NCBI GenBank assembly: GCA_028287445.1 | Contig: JAQBPQ010000238.1 | Coordinates: forward strand, 1,295 to 65,294 | Direction of reading: 5' to 3' | Source of the DNA: Cohnella sp. | GTDB taxonomy: Bacteria; Bacillota; Bacilli; Paenibacillales; Paenibacillaceae | DNA length: 64,000 nt | Part shown: positions 29,046 through 37,948 of the stretch, piece by piece | Position numbering within the stretch: position 1 is the first letter of the stretch | How the letters are laid out: each line of letters begins with the position of its first letter | Made by a program: the position numbers and the translations under genes | The notes under the pieces: model-generated | Seen by the model: the letters and a program-made list of their open reading frames with translations, nothing else | Database searches by the model: none | What the model was told of the DNA's origin: nothing

Positions 29046-30065
29046 ATGGCAAAAGGAACAGCAATGATGCACCTGTCCGGCCGGCAAAAGGCGGCCATCC
29101 TGCTCATCACACTTGGTCCGGAAGTGTCCGCACAAGTTTTTAAGCATTTGCGAGACGAGGAAATTGAGCAGCTGACGTTGGAAATCGCCAACGTCCGCAA
29201 AGTCGACAGTTTGGATAAAGAAAGTATATTAGCCGAGTTTCATCAAATTTGTGTTGCACAAGAGTTTATTTCTCAGGGCGGCATCAATTACGCCAAAGAA
29301 ATTTTGGAAAAGGCGCTTGGCTCCCAGAGAGCAACTGACATCTTGAACAGGTTAACGGCGACGCTTCAAGTCCGTCCCTTCGACTTTGCCCGCAAAGCGG
29401 AGCCGCAGCAGATCCTGAATTTTATTCAGAACGAGAATCCCCAGACGATCGCGCTCGTGTTGTCCTATTTGCAGCCGGATCAATCTTCCGCAGTGCTGTC
29501 TTCGCTGCCGCAGGACAAGCAGGCCGATGTTGCCCGCCGGATCGCCCTGATGGACAGCACATCTCCGGAAGTGATCGCTCAAGTCGAGCGGGTTCTCGAA
29601 CAGAAACTGTCCGCAACCGCTACGCAAGACTATACGAATGCGGGAGGAATCGAGGCCATCGTTAAGATCTTGAACGGCGTCGACCGAGGCACGGAGCGCA
29701 CGATTCTGGATTCCCTCGAAATTCAGGATCCGGAGCTGGCCGAAGAAATCAAGAAACGCATGTTCGTGTTCGAGGATATCGTTAATCTGGACAACCGTTC
29801 TATTCAAAGAATTATCCGCGACATCGAGAATGCCGATATGCAGCTCGCACTCAAGGTCGCAAGCGAAGAGGTGCGAGATGCGATCTTCCGGAATATGTCC
29901 AAGAGGATGGCGGATACGTTCAAAGAAGAAATGGAGTACATGGGTCCTGTCCGTCTGCGGGACGTCGAAGAAGCGCAGACCCGCATCGTAGCGACGATTC
30001 GCAGACTGGAAGAGTCCGGAGAGATCATCATCGCCCGCGGCGGAGGAGACGATATCATTGTCTAA
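29046..30065 (+). CDS. fliG: Flagellar motor switch protein FliG
   Basis: GRQKAAILL, ENPQTIALVLSYL, MFVFED, GPVRLRDVEEAQ. Confidence 0.97.
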   Translation: MAKGTAMMHLSGRQKAAILLITLGPEVSAQVFKHLRDEEIEQLTLEIANVRKVDSLDKESILAEFHQICVAQEFISQGGINYAKEILEKALGSQRATDILNRLTATLQVRPFDFARKAEPQQILNFIQNENPQTIALVLSYLQPDQSSAVLSSLPQDKQADVARRIALMDSTSPEVIAQVERVLEQKLSATATQDYTNAGGIEAIVKILNGVDRGTERTILDSLEIQDPELAEEIKKRMFVFEDIVNLDNRSIQRIIRDIENADMQLALKVASEEVRDAIFRNMSKRMADTFKEEMEYMGPVRLRDVEEAQTRIVATIRRLEESGEIIIARGGGDDIIV

Positions 30066-30900
30066 TCTGATCAAATCCGGAAGAGTCGTGTCGTTGGAAG
30101 ATTTGAAGAGGCTGGAGCTGACCCGAAAGTACGTGCGGGTGAAACAAAATATTTCAGGTTCCGACGAGACTTCCGAAGGAAATGCAGCAACGGATGTCGA
30201 AACTCATTCGTTAAAGGAACGCATTCTAATGGATGCGGAACAGACGGCACAGGAAATGTTGGGCCAAGCACGGAACGCAGCCGAAGGAATACGGGCTGCG
30301 GCCCAAGAAGAAGCGGAAGCCTGGTGGCAAACGAGGCGGGAACAGGATGCCGCAGTATTAGATGAAACCCGACAGAGGGGTTATGACGAAGGGTACCTTG
30401 CGGGAGCCGAGCAAGCGGAGCAAGACGTTCGCCTCGAATGGGAGAACCGTATGCAAGAATCCCGCAACATGATCGAGCAAGCTTATATCGCAAAGGAAAG
30501 AGTCATTGCCGAAGCCGAGACTTTCCTGGTCGAGCTCAGCTGCTCCGTTGCCGAGAAACTGGTCTCCCGCCAATTGTCGGGCGCGCCGGAATTGGCTATT
30601 ACGCTTTTTGCCCAGGCGTTGTCCCGCCGCAAGGAACAAGGTGTCATCACCTTGTGCGTGTCACCCTCTCAATTCGCTTTCGTACAAGCGGCCAAGGATG
30701 AATTATCGCTGGCGCTGGATTCCCAGGCGAAATTGCAGATCGTGCCGGACTCGGGAGTCGGCGAAGGCGGCTGCATCGTACGGTCCGCATTCGGCACCAT
30801 CGATGCAAGAATCGACACACAACTTTCCGCAATCCGCGAGGAATTGCTGAGAGTTGTGGCACACGCTGCGGAGGAGGCACACCCGGATGGCGCTTGTTGA
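30058..30900 (+). CDS. fliH: Flagellar assembly protein FliH
   Basis: GYDEGYLAG repeat, GGCIVRSAFGTIDARIDTQL; between fliG and fliI. Confidence 0.92.
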   Translation: MSNLIKSGRVVSLEDLKRLELTRKYVRVKQNISGSDETSEGNAATDVETHSLKERILMDAEQTAQEMLGQARNAAEGIRAAAQEEAEAWWQTRREQDAAVLDETRQRGYDEGYLAGAEQAEQDVRLEWENRMQESRNMIEQAYIAKERVIAEAETFLVELSCSVAEKLVSRQLSGAPELAITLFAQALSRRKEQGVITLCVSPSQFAFVQAAKDELSLALDSQAKLQIVPDSGVGEGGCIVRSAFGTIDARIDTQLSAIREELLRVVAHAAEEAHPDGAC

Positions 30901-32206
30901 ATTGTCCCGATACGAAGAGGCGCTGAAGCATCTTGATCCGGTACGGGTCAACGGAAAAGTGACGCAGGTTATCGGCCTGACCGTCGAATCCGAGGGGCCG
31001 GACGCAAGCGTCGGGGAGGTATGTGCCATCCATCCGATGAAAGGCGGGGAGCCGATTTTGGCGGAAGTGGTCGGTTTCCGGGACAACCGGCTGCTGTTGA
31101 TGCCGCTCGGCGAACTCCAGGCAGTCGGTCCCGGCTGTGATGTGGTTGCCACAGGACGTCCACTGACGGTTCAGGTCGGATCGGAACTGCTCGGGAAAGT
31201 GCTGGACGGACTTGGAAGACCGCTGGACGGTTCCAAGCTTCCCGCTCGGATGCCGCACTATTCCACGAACCGCGCACCGGGGAATCCTCTCAACCGTCCC
31301 CGGGTGACCGAGCCGCTGGGTACCGGGGTCCGTTCGATCGACGGTCTGTTGACCGTCGGTCAAGGACAACGGGTCGGCATTTTCTCCGGATCGGGCGTAG
31401 GCAAAAGTACATTGCTTGGGATGGTGGCCCGAAACACTTCGGCCGACGTCAACGTAATCGCCCTTATCGGCGAGCGGGGGCGAGAGGTGCTGGAATTCAT
31501 CGAGAAGGATTTGGGCCCGGAAGGTTTGGCGCGCTCAGTGGTAATTGTGGCCACATCGGATCAGCCGGCCCTGATCCGAATCAAAGGCGCAGTCATCGCC
31601 ACGACGATTGCGGAGTACTTCCGAGATCGCGGGTTGAACGTGATGCTGATGATGGATTCCGTCACCCGTTATGCAATGGCGATGCGCGAGGTCGGACTTG
31701 CGGTCGGGGAGCCGCCGGCAACCAGGGGTTATACCCCATCGGTGTTCGCGGCACTTCCCAAACTGCTCGAGAGGGCCGGCACCGGTCCGACCGGTTCAAT
31801 CACCGCCTTCTATACGGTGCTCGTCGACGGAGACGACATGAACGAACCGATCGCGGACGCGGTCCGAGGCATTTTGGATGGGCATATCGTTCTTCATCGA
31901 AGCTTGGCGAACAAGGGGCATTTCCCCGCGATCGACGTTTTAGCCAGCGTCAGCCGGGTCATGAACGCCATCGTGCCGCAAGAACACCGCGAGTCCGCTG
32001 AGCAATTGAAACGGCTGCTGTCCGTGTATCGGGAGTCGGAAGATCTGATTAACATCGGCGCTTATCAGAAGGGTTCCAACCCGGAAATCGACAAAGCGAT
32101 GCAATACATCGAACTGATTAATGCGTATACCCGTCAAAACACGGATGAAAAAGTGTCTTTGCAAGAGGCCACGGAGCGGTTGGTCATCGATTTTTACCGG
32201 AGATGA
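30887..32206 (+). CDS. fliI: Flagellar export ATPase FliI
   Basis: GSGVGKSTL, IGERGRE, MMDSVTR, GEPPATRGY; ATG 30887. Confidence 0.97.
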   Translation: MALVELSRYEEALKHLDPVRVNGKVTQVIGLTVESEGPDASVGEVCAIHPMKGGEPILAEVVGFRDNRLLLMPLGELQAVGPGCDVVATGRPLTVQVGSELLGKVLDGLGRPLDGSKLPARMPHYSTNRAPGNPLNRPRVTEPLGTGVRSIDGLLTVGQGQRVGIFSGSGVGKSTLLGMVARNTSADVNVIALIGERGREVLEFIEKDLGPEGLARSVVIVATSDQPALIRIKGAVIATTIAEYFRDRGLNVMLMMDSVTRYAMAMREVGLAVGEPPATRGYTPSVFAALPKLLERAGTGPTGSITAFYTVLVDGDDMNEPIADAVRGILDGHIVLHRSLANKGHFPAIDVLASVSRVMNAIVPQEHRESAEQLKRLLSVYRESEDLINIGAYQKGSNPEIDKAMQYIELINAYTRQNTDEKVSLQEATERLVIDFYRR

Positions 32207-32218
32207 GGTTAAGCGGTT

Positions 32219-32662
32219 ATGCGATTCCGATATCCTTTACAGAAGATCGTCGATCTGAAAGGCAGCGAAAAATCGATGGCGGAGTGGGAATACGCCGCCT
32301 CTCTGAACAATCTCAAACAAGAGGAAGAACAACTGCATCACCTGATCCGCGAACGCGGCGAAACGGAAGATCGGCTCGGAACGACCGCGGCAGCTCCGGT
32401 TGCGTTGGCTGAACTTACCGCAATTCAGCAGTATCTGGACTTGCTTGACGGTAAAATACGCAGACAACTGCAGGAAGTGGAAACGGCAGAAGTGCAAGTG
32501 CGAGTGCGCCAAAGCCGCCTGGCCGAGAAATCGGTGGACGAGAAAGTATGGCTGAATACCCGCGAGAAGGCGTTTCAACGCTTTCGCTACGAATCACTGC
32601 TGAAAGAACAAAACGAACTGGATGAAATCGCGACCGTCCGTGCCGCCGCTTCCCGCCGCTAA
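32219..32662 (+). CDS. fliJ: Flagellar export protein FliJ
   Basis: FRYPLQKIVDLK, coiled coil, EQNELDE; follows fliI. Confidence 0.9.
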   Translation: MRFRYPLQKIVDLKGSEKSMAEWEYAASLNNLKQEEEQLHHLIRERGETEDRLGTTAAAPVALAELTAIQQYLDLLDGKIRRQLQEVETAEVQVRVRQSRLAEKSVDEKVWLNTREKAFQRFRYESLLKEQNELDEIATVRAAASRR

Positions 32663-32703
32663 CCAAGTTTTGCGGGCGACCCGCAGAGAAGGGAGAAGAG
32701 ATC

Positions 32704-33609
32704 GTGGCCAACGCAAATACCGAAAAGAACAGTTACAGCGGCTTCGAACGGTTTCTCTTTTTCTTAACTCCGATTCTGTTTACGGCCGTATTGCTCGGTA
32801 TGCTGCTTCTGCTGTTTAACGCGGATTGGCGGAATAAAGCTCTCGAAATCGGCCATAAAATTCCGGTGCTTAGCGCAGTGTTGCCCAATCCGGCTCCGTC
32901 GAAGTCTTCCACCAATACAGACGAGCAAATTACAATTAGCAATGCCAAGCAAAAAGTGGACGAGTTGAAGGCATTGCTGGCGGATCGGGAAGCGGCTCTC
33001 AAGAAAGCCACCCAACAGACCACCGAGCAGAAAAAGGCAATTGATGACCTGAAGAGTCAACTCGATCAGTTAAACAAGGACAAACAGCAGCGTACGATCA
33101 CAGCCGATCAGTACCAAGCCAGAATTAAAGCACTGGCCGGCATGTACGGCAAGATGACACCGGGTAAGGCAGCGCCGATTCTGGAGAGCATGACGATCGA
33201 AGAAACAGCTCTAGTCATGGGTGAGATGATCGATGTGGAACGCGGCCGTTTGATGGAGAAAATGACTCCTAAAAAAGCGGCGGACGTGACGATCAGACTG
33301 AAGGATTCGGTGACCGTGGATCAAAAAGAGATCGCCGCTTTGCAGTCGCGTGTCAAAGAACTGGAAAAGACGGCAGGAGCCGCTTCGACGCTGGATACGA
33401 CACAGTTGAAGCTTACTTTTTCGGCCATGAAGCCGGCCAGCGCAGCGACTCTATTGCTGGATATGGTGGGCAAAAATCAATCGAAGTTGTTGCTTATCCT
33501 TGGTTCTTTGGACGATAATGCAAGGTCTCAAATTCTAACCGCTATGTCGGACAAGGACAGCAAAACAACAGCAACAATCGTCACGATGCTGCTGCCGAAC
33601 AAACCCTGA
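32704..33609 (+). CDS. ylxF: YlxF/MotE-like membrane-anchored flagellar protein
   Basis: N-terminal TM, coiled coil, repeated M-x-P-x-x-AA helical motifs; between fliJ and fliK. Confidence 0.75.
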   Translation: MANANTEKNSYSGFERFLFFLTPILFTAVLLGMLLLLFNADWRNKALEIGHKIPVLSAVLPNPAPSKSSTNTDEQITISNAKQKVDELKALLADREAALKKATQQTTEQKKAIDDLKSQLDQLNKDKQQRTITADQYQARIKALAGMYGKMTPGKAAPILESMTIEETALVMGEMIDVERGRLMEKMTPKKAADVTIRLKDSVTVDQKEIAALQSRVKELEKTAGAASTLDTTQLKLTFSAMKPASAATLLLDMVGKNQSKLLLILGSLDDNARSQILTAMSDKDSKTTATIVTMLLPNKP

Positions 33610-33645
33610 TCAATGGGACCCATTATGGAAAGGAGGTGAAAACAT

Positions 33646-35274
33646 ATGAACGCAAACGGAATTTGTACAGTAGCTGTTGCGGGATCCGTATCGGCGCCAA
33701 CCCCATCTCCGGGATCCGGGAAAATAGGATCTCCAGGAGGTTTTGCGGGCGCATTGGTACAGGCCGTGGGAGGAATGGGCGGCAACGGGGCGTCTTCTTC
33801 CGGAACTGCGGTGCCGGCAGGTCTGCTAGGTTTGACGGTCTTGCTCGGAGCCTCAATGACGGGACAGACCTCTTCAGACCTGCTTAAGCTGCTCGCGGGA
33901 TTGTCCGAACAAGTTAAAGGATTGGATCCGAATACATGGATCCAGACCCTAGGAGGAATGGGCGGCAACGTGGCGTCTTCTTCCGGAACTACGGTGCCGG
34001 CAGGTCTGCAAGGTTTGACGGGCTTACTCGGAGCCTCAATGACGGGACAGACCTCTTCAGACCTGCTTAAACTGCTCGCGGGATTGTCCGAACAAGTTAA
34101 AGGACTGGATCCGAATGCGGAACTGCCGGCGGATGCGCAAAATCAAATGGCGGGTCTGCTTGTGCTGCTCCAAAACATGCTGACCCAAATGGGCTTTAAC
34201 ACTACAGCCCCGAAGACCGATGAAGTGTCCACACTGAATTCGGGTTCGGATACTTTAACGGGTTTGCTCCCTCCAAGTAAGCAATCTGTGAACATGTTGC
34301 CAGTCGTACAAAAGCTTCAGCAATCATTGATGCAATTGTCTGCTTTGTTGTCGAACGGCACAACGCTGCCGGCGGATGGCTCCCTGTTTACGGAACAACT
34401 CCAAACAATAATGGACGCATTATCGCCGCAATTGTCCGCAGCACAAGTTTCCAGTGGGCAAACGGCCAGCGCCAACGCATCAGCTAACAAGGAGCAGCAA
34501 GAAATTGCCAAGTTCACAACTGCGGGAATGACTCCTTCCCCGGCCGATTCGGAACAAACGGCAGTCGCCGTCGCGCCGGAAATCCGCCGTTCCGCCACAC
34601 CATTGCGAAATCCGGTTTGGCAGTTCCAGACGGCGAACGGTTCGGAAACGCCCAAGGTAGAAGGCACGGCAACGAAGTCGGCAATTGAACCGAGCGAAGC
34701 TTCCGGACAGAGCGGCTCGGCACCCGCTTGGACGTTCCTGAAAGGGGACAACGTGGGGATGCCGGCAGCCACTCCGAGCATGGCTCCATCACCTACGCTA
34801 GTTCCGGTTCAACAGTTTGCTGAGCAAATGGGCAAATACCTGGTTAAACAATTCGCTCTGACACAGGGCAACGGTACCCATGAAGCCCAAATCTCGCTTC
34901 ATCCCGAACATTTGGGCCAGGTCGACATCAAGATCACAATCCATAACGGGCAATTGACTGCTCAATTTATTACGGAGAGCGGAGCGGCACGCGATTTGTT
35001 GGACAATCAAATGTCCCAGCTTCGCACCACGCTGCAGGGACAGGGATTGCACGTCGAACGGATGGAAGTGGTACAGCAGTCTTCCACAACCGATTCCGCA
35101 TCCTTTTTCCAACAGAATCAAAGACAGCCGGGATCTGAACAGCACGATAACGGAGGGAACGGACGCGGTAACCGGGGAGTCTATGACGACACGGTAGGTT
35201 TCGAAGCCGAGTTGGAGCGCTCTACGTATCTTCGAGATGTCGGTTATGGCAGTTCTCTTAACGTTAGGGCTTAG
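33646..35274 (+). CDS. fliK: Flagellar hook-length control protein FliK
   Basis: C-terminal AQISLHPEHLGQVDI...LRTTLQGQGLHVERMEV; low-complexity N region; precedes flgD. Confidence 0.92.
   Translation: MNANGICTVAVAGSVSAPTPSPGSGKIGSPGGFAGALVQAVGGMGGNGASSSGTAVPAGLLGLTVLLGASMTGQTSSDLLKLLAGLSEQVKGLDPNTWIQTLGGMGGNVASSSGTTVPAGLQGLTGLLGASMTGQTSSDLLKLLAGLSEQVKGLDPNAELPADAQNQMAGLLVLLQNMLTQMGFNTTAPKTDEVSTLNSGSDTLTGLLPPSKQSVNMLPVVQKLQQSLMQLSALLSNGTTLPADGSLFTEQLQTIMDALSPQLSAAQVSSGQTASANASANKEQQEIAKFTTAGMTPSPADSEQTAVAVAPEIRRSATPLRNPVWQFQTANGSETPKVEGTATKSAIEPSEASGQSGSAPAWTFLKGDNVGMPAATPSMAPSPTLVPVQQFAEQMGKYLVKQFALTQGNGTHEAQISLHPEHLGQVDIKITIHNGQLTAQFITESGAARDLLDNQMSQLRTTLQGQGLHVERMEVVQQSSTTDSASFFQQNQRQPGSEQHDNGGNGRGNRGVYDDTVGFEAELERSTYLRDVGYGSSLNVRA
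33769..34116 (+). repeat. In-frame tandem duplication (period 183 bp, 61 codons) in fliK
   Basis: 33769-33933 vs 33952-34116: 158/165 nt identical. Confidence 0.95.
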
Positions 35275-35299
35275 ACCGGTATATCAGGAGGTGAAACAG

Positions 35300-35773
35300 G
35301 TGACGCAAACCAACAGCACATCGAATATTTGGCCGGATTATTCCAAGCAGAACGTCCAAGCCGCCCGCAAGCCGGTGAAGGCACTGGGAAAGGACGAATT
35401 CCTCCAGCTCCTCGTCACACAGCTGCGGAACCAAGACCCGATGGCGCCGATGCAGGACAAGGAGTTCATTGCCCAAATGGCGCAATTTTCCTCCTTGGAA
35501 CAGATGATGAACATGGCCACCCAAATGTCGGGGCTTCGCCAATCCGCAGGTCTTGTTGCCGGACTCATCGGTAAAAAGGTCGGCTGGCAAGAAACGACGC
35601 AGGCGGGGTCTGTGGACAAGACAGGCATCGTGGATTCCATCGTCCGGCGTGACGGCGTGCAGTATGTCAAAATCGGCACGTCCGAAGTGAAAATCGATGA
35701 CTTAACAACGATCTCCGAGGCAGCATCGCAACCCGCCCAATCCGGAGGAACCGGGGTGACAGGAAATGAGTGA
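35300..35773 (+). CDS. flgD: Flagellar hook capping protein FlgD
   Basis: LGKDEFLQLLVTQLRNQDP, FIAQMAQFSSLEQM; GTG 35300 after AGGAGG. Confidence 0.95.
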   Translation: MTQTNSTSNIWPDYSKQNVQAARKPVKALGKDEFLQLLVTQLRNQDPMAPMQDKEFIAQMAQFSSLEQMMNMATQMSGLRQSAGLVAGLIGKKVGWQETTQAGSVDKTGIVDSIVRRDGVQYVKIGTSEVKIDDLTTISEAASQPAQSGGTGVTGNE

Positions 35774-36149
35774 CCGGTTATTGATCGGACATTTGACGAC
35801 AGGCCGTACCGGACCGCTGCAAGTCAATCGGAATACATCTCAACCTGCTCTCACGAAAGACGGTGTCTCCTTTCGCGAAATGCTCTCGCGGCAGGAGCTG
35901 AAGTTCAGCCATCACGCTGAGCAGAGACTCCAGCAGAGGGGAATCGTACTTAAGCCCGAGCAGCTGGATCGTATTGCAAGCGCCGTGGATCAAGCAGCGG
36001 CAAAAGGTGCGAAGGATTCGCTCGTGTTGTTCCGTGATATCGCTATGATCGTCAATGTGCCGAATCGAACCGTTGTGACCGCGATGGACGAATCGACCAT
36101 GAAGGAACACGTGTTCACCCAAATCGACAGCGCCGTAGTCATCAGTTAA
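35766..36149 (+). CDS. Flagellar operon protein (TIGR02530-type)
   Basis: LKFSHHAEQRLQQRGI, KGAKDSLV, NRTVVTAM, VFTQIDSAV; between flgD and the hook gene. Confidence 0.85.
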   Translation: MSDRLLIGHLTTGRTGPLQVNRNTSQPALTKDGVSFREMLSRQELKFSHHAEQRLQQRGIVLKPEQLDRIASAVDQAAAKGAKDSLVLFRDIAMIVNVPNRTVVTAMDESTMKEHVFTQIDSAVVIS

Positions 36150-36168
36150 TGAAAGTCCATGCAACAGC

Positions 36169-36220
36169 AGGGCCGGCCCTTCCTTAGGAGGCCCTAGGCC
36201 GCGGATCGATTGAAGCGGCC
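36169..36220 (+). other. Two-hairpin structured element upstream of the hook gene
   Basis: AGGGCC-GGC-CCT-TCCTT-AGG-A-GGCCCT, then GGCCGC-GGATCGATTGAA-GCGGCC; no U-tract. Confidence 0.55.
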
Positions 36221-36253
36221 GCACTCTAATTGATATAGGGAGGCTACTCATTC

Positions 36254-37075
36254 ATGTTACGTTCCATGTATTCTGGCGTATCCGGTATGCGCGGATTCCA
36301 GGCCAAACTGGACGTCATCGGCAATAACATCGCCAACGTCAACACTACAGGGTTCAAAGCCGGACGGGTTATGTTCAAAGACATTCTTAGCCAATCCATG
36401 TCAGGGGTTACGGCTCCGGTGGCGGGATCAAACGGCGGCGTTAACGCCAAGCAAGTAGGTTTGGGCGTGTCGGTATCCGCCATCGACACGATTCATACGC
36501 CGGGCAGTGCCATGACAACGAATGTCCCGCTAGATTTGCGGATCGACGGCGACGGATTTTTCGTTGTCACGCCGACAGACGGCGGTCCTCAGTATTTGAC
36601 CCGCGCCGGCAACTTCAGCTTGGATGCTGAACGTCAGTTGGTCAATTCCGATGGAATGCTTGTCGTTGCTGCCGGCGGCGGGGTAGTCCCCCAACTGGAT
36701 GACACGATCAAGTCATTCACCATTGGACAAGACGGACAAATCGTGTCGGTTGACGAGGCCGGTAATGCGGTTCCGAGCGGAATATTTATCGGGATTGCCA
36801 AAGTGGTCAACCCGGGCGGTCTTGAGAAAGTCGGCGGCAATCTCTACCGGGTAACGCCGAACGCGAATCCCGGAGGTACTCTCGAAGCTGTGCAAGCCAA
36901 CGACTCCACGCTCGGAACCGGCGCGGTCATCTCCGGCGAGCTCGAAATGTCCAACGTCGACCTGACTAACGAATTTACGGAAATGATCGTGGCACAGCGC
37001 GGTTTCCAGGCAAACTCCAAGATTATCACCACTTCGGACGAGATTTTGCAAACAATCGTTAACCTCAAACAGTAA
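36254..37075 (+). CDS. flgE: Flagellar hook protein FlgE (short, FlgG-like Bacillales type)
   Basis: MLRSMYSGVSG, NNIANVNTTGFK, LTRAGNF, LEMSNVDL; position after flgD indicates hook rather than distal rod. Confidence 0.85.
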   Translation: MLRSMYSGVSGMRGFQAKLDVIGNNIANVNTTGFKAGRVMFKDILSQSMSGVTAPVAGSNGGVNAKQVGLGVSVSAIDTIHTPGSAMTTNVPLDLRIDGDGFFVVTPTDGGPQYLTRAGNFSLDAERQLVNSDGMLVVAAGGGVVPQLDDTIKSFTIGQDGQIVSVDEAGNAVPSGIFIGIAKVVNPGGLEKVGGNLYRVTPNANPGGTLEAVQANDSTLGTGAVISGELEMSNVDLTNEFTEMIVAQRGFQANSKIITTSDEILQTIVNLKQ

Positions 37076-37133
37076 TTGATGTAACCGTCGGGGGAGGGCG
37101 TGGCCCTCTCCTTGACGGATCGGGGGGATCATT

Positions 37134-37367
37134 ATGATCGCCGTGACACGATTAAACGGCAGTCAATTTCATGTTAACGCCTTATTGATCGAAACGGTGG
37201 AAGAAACGCCGGATACGCTTATCACGCTTACGACAGGCAAGAAATACATAGTTACCGAAAATTCATCGGATGTGATCCGGTCCATCCGCCACTATTTGCG
37301 CAGTATCGGAGTAGTCGCGGCCATCGCCTGCCCGGCTGATACGCAATCGGAGGGAGCTTCATCATGA
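37134..37367 (+). CDS. swrD: FlbD/SwrD-family flagellar protein
   Basis: MIAVTRLNG...NALLIETVEETPDTLITLTTGKKYIV. Confidence 0.88.
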   Translation: MIAVTRLNGSQFHVNALLIETVEETPDTLITLTTGKKYIVTENSSDVIRSIRHYLRSIGVVAAIACPADTQSEGASS

Positions 37368-37846
37368 AGAAAATGTTGCCTTGGCTCGTTTCGCTGCTTT
37401 TGGCGATCACGCTGATCGTCTCGGTCGGCATCTACGTCTGGAACCATTACATCAGTGGTTCCGGTTCCAAAGATCCTGCGCAGCAGGTGAAGGATACCGT
37501 CCAGCACGTAGAAGCGAAGCCGTTGTCAGCGGATGAAATGATCAAGGTCACATCCGAATTGACCGATATCAAAACGAATATCGCCGACACCAGTTATGTC
37601 GTGATGATGAGCTTCACGTTCCAGTTGGACAACCCCAAAGCCAAAGATGAGTTCGACAAAATCAAAGATTTCCAAATCAAACCTCTCATCAATCGGGCCT
37701 TATGGACGATGAAACCTGAGGATTTTCAAGGATCGAAGGGCAAAGACCAACTGTGCGCGGTTCTGATCAACTCGATCAATTCCGTCTTGTCCGAAGGCAA
37801 GGTGAACAAGGTGGAAGTGAAAGATTTTCTTATGTCGCAAATTTGA
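37364..37846 (+). CDS. fliL: Flagellar protein FliL
   Basis: N-terminal TM, IKTNIAD, GSKGKDQL...INSVL; precedes fliM. Confidence 0.88.
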   Translation: MKKMLPWLVSLLLAITLIVSVGIYVWNHYISGSGSKDPAQQVKDTVQHVEAKPLSADEMIKVTSELTDIKTNIADTSYVVMMSFTFQLDNPKAKDEFDKIKDFQIKPLINRALWTMKPEDFQGSKGKDQLCAVLINSINSVLSEGKVNKVEVKDFLMSQI

Positions 37847-37870
37847 TCCGCCGGACAGCTTCGTTTAAGT

Positions 37871-37928
37871 CGGGGCCCCGCAAAGTAATCGGAATGCTGT
37901 TCGACAGCATCGACGTCACTTTGTGTGG
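37871..37928 (+). repeat. Dispersed structured intergenic repeat, copy D
   Basis: CGGGGCCCCGCAAAGTAATCGGAATGCTGTTCGACAGCATCGACGTCACTTTGTGTGG. Confidence 0.85.
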
Positions 37929-37948
37929 TAATGAGAGGGGTGAGAGAA

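Noticed and set aside
36254-37075. Truncated hook gene or mis-placed flgG
   Set aside because: Both terminal motifs are intact and a short FlgG-like hook protein at this position is normal in Bacillales.
6124-37928. CRISPR interpretation of the ~57 bp repeat
   Set aside because: Copies are kilobases apart, in both orientations and divergent, with no repeat-spacer array or cas genes.
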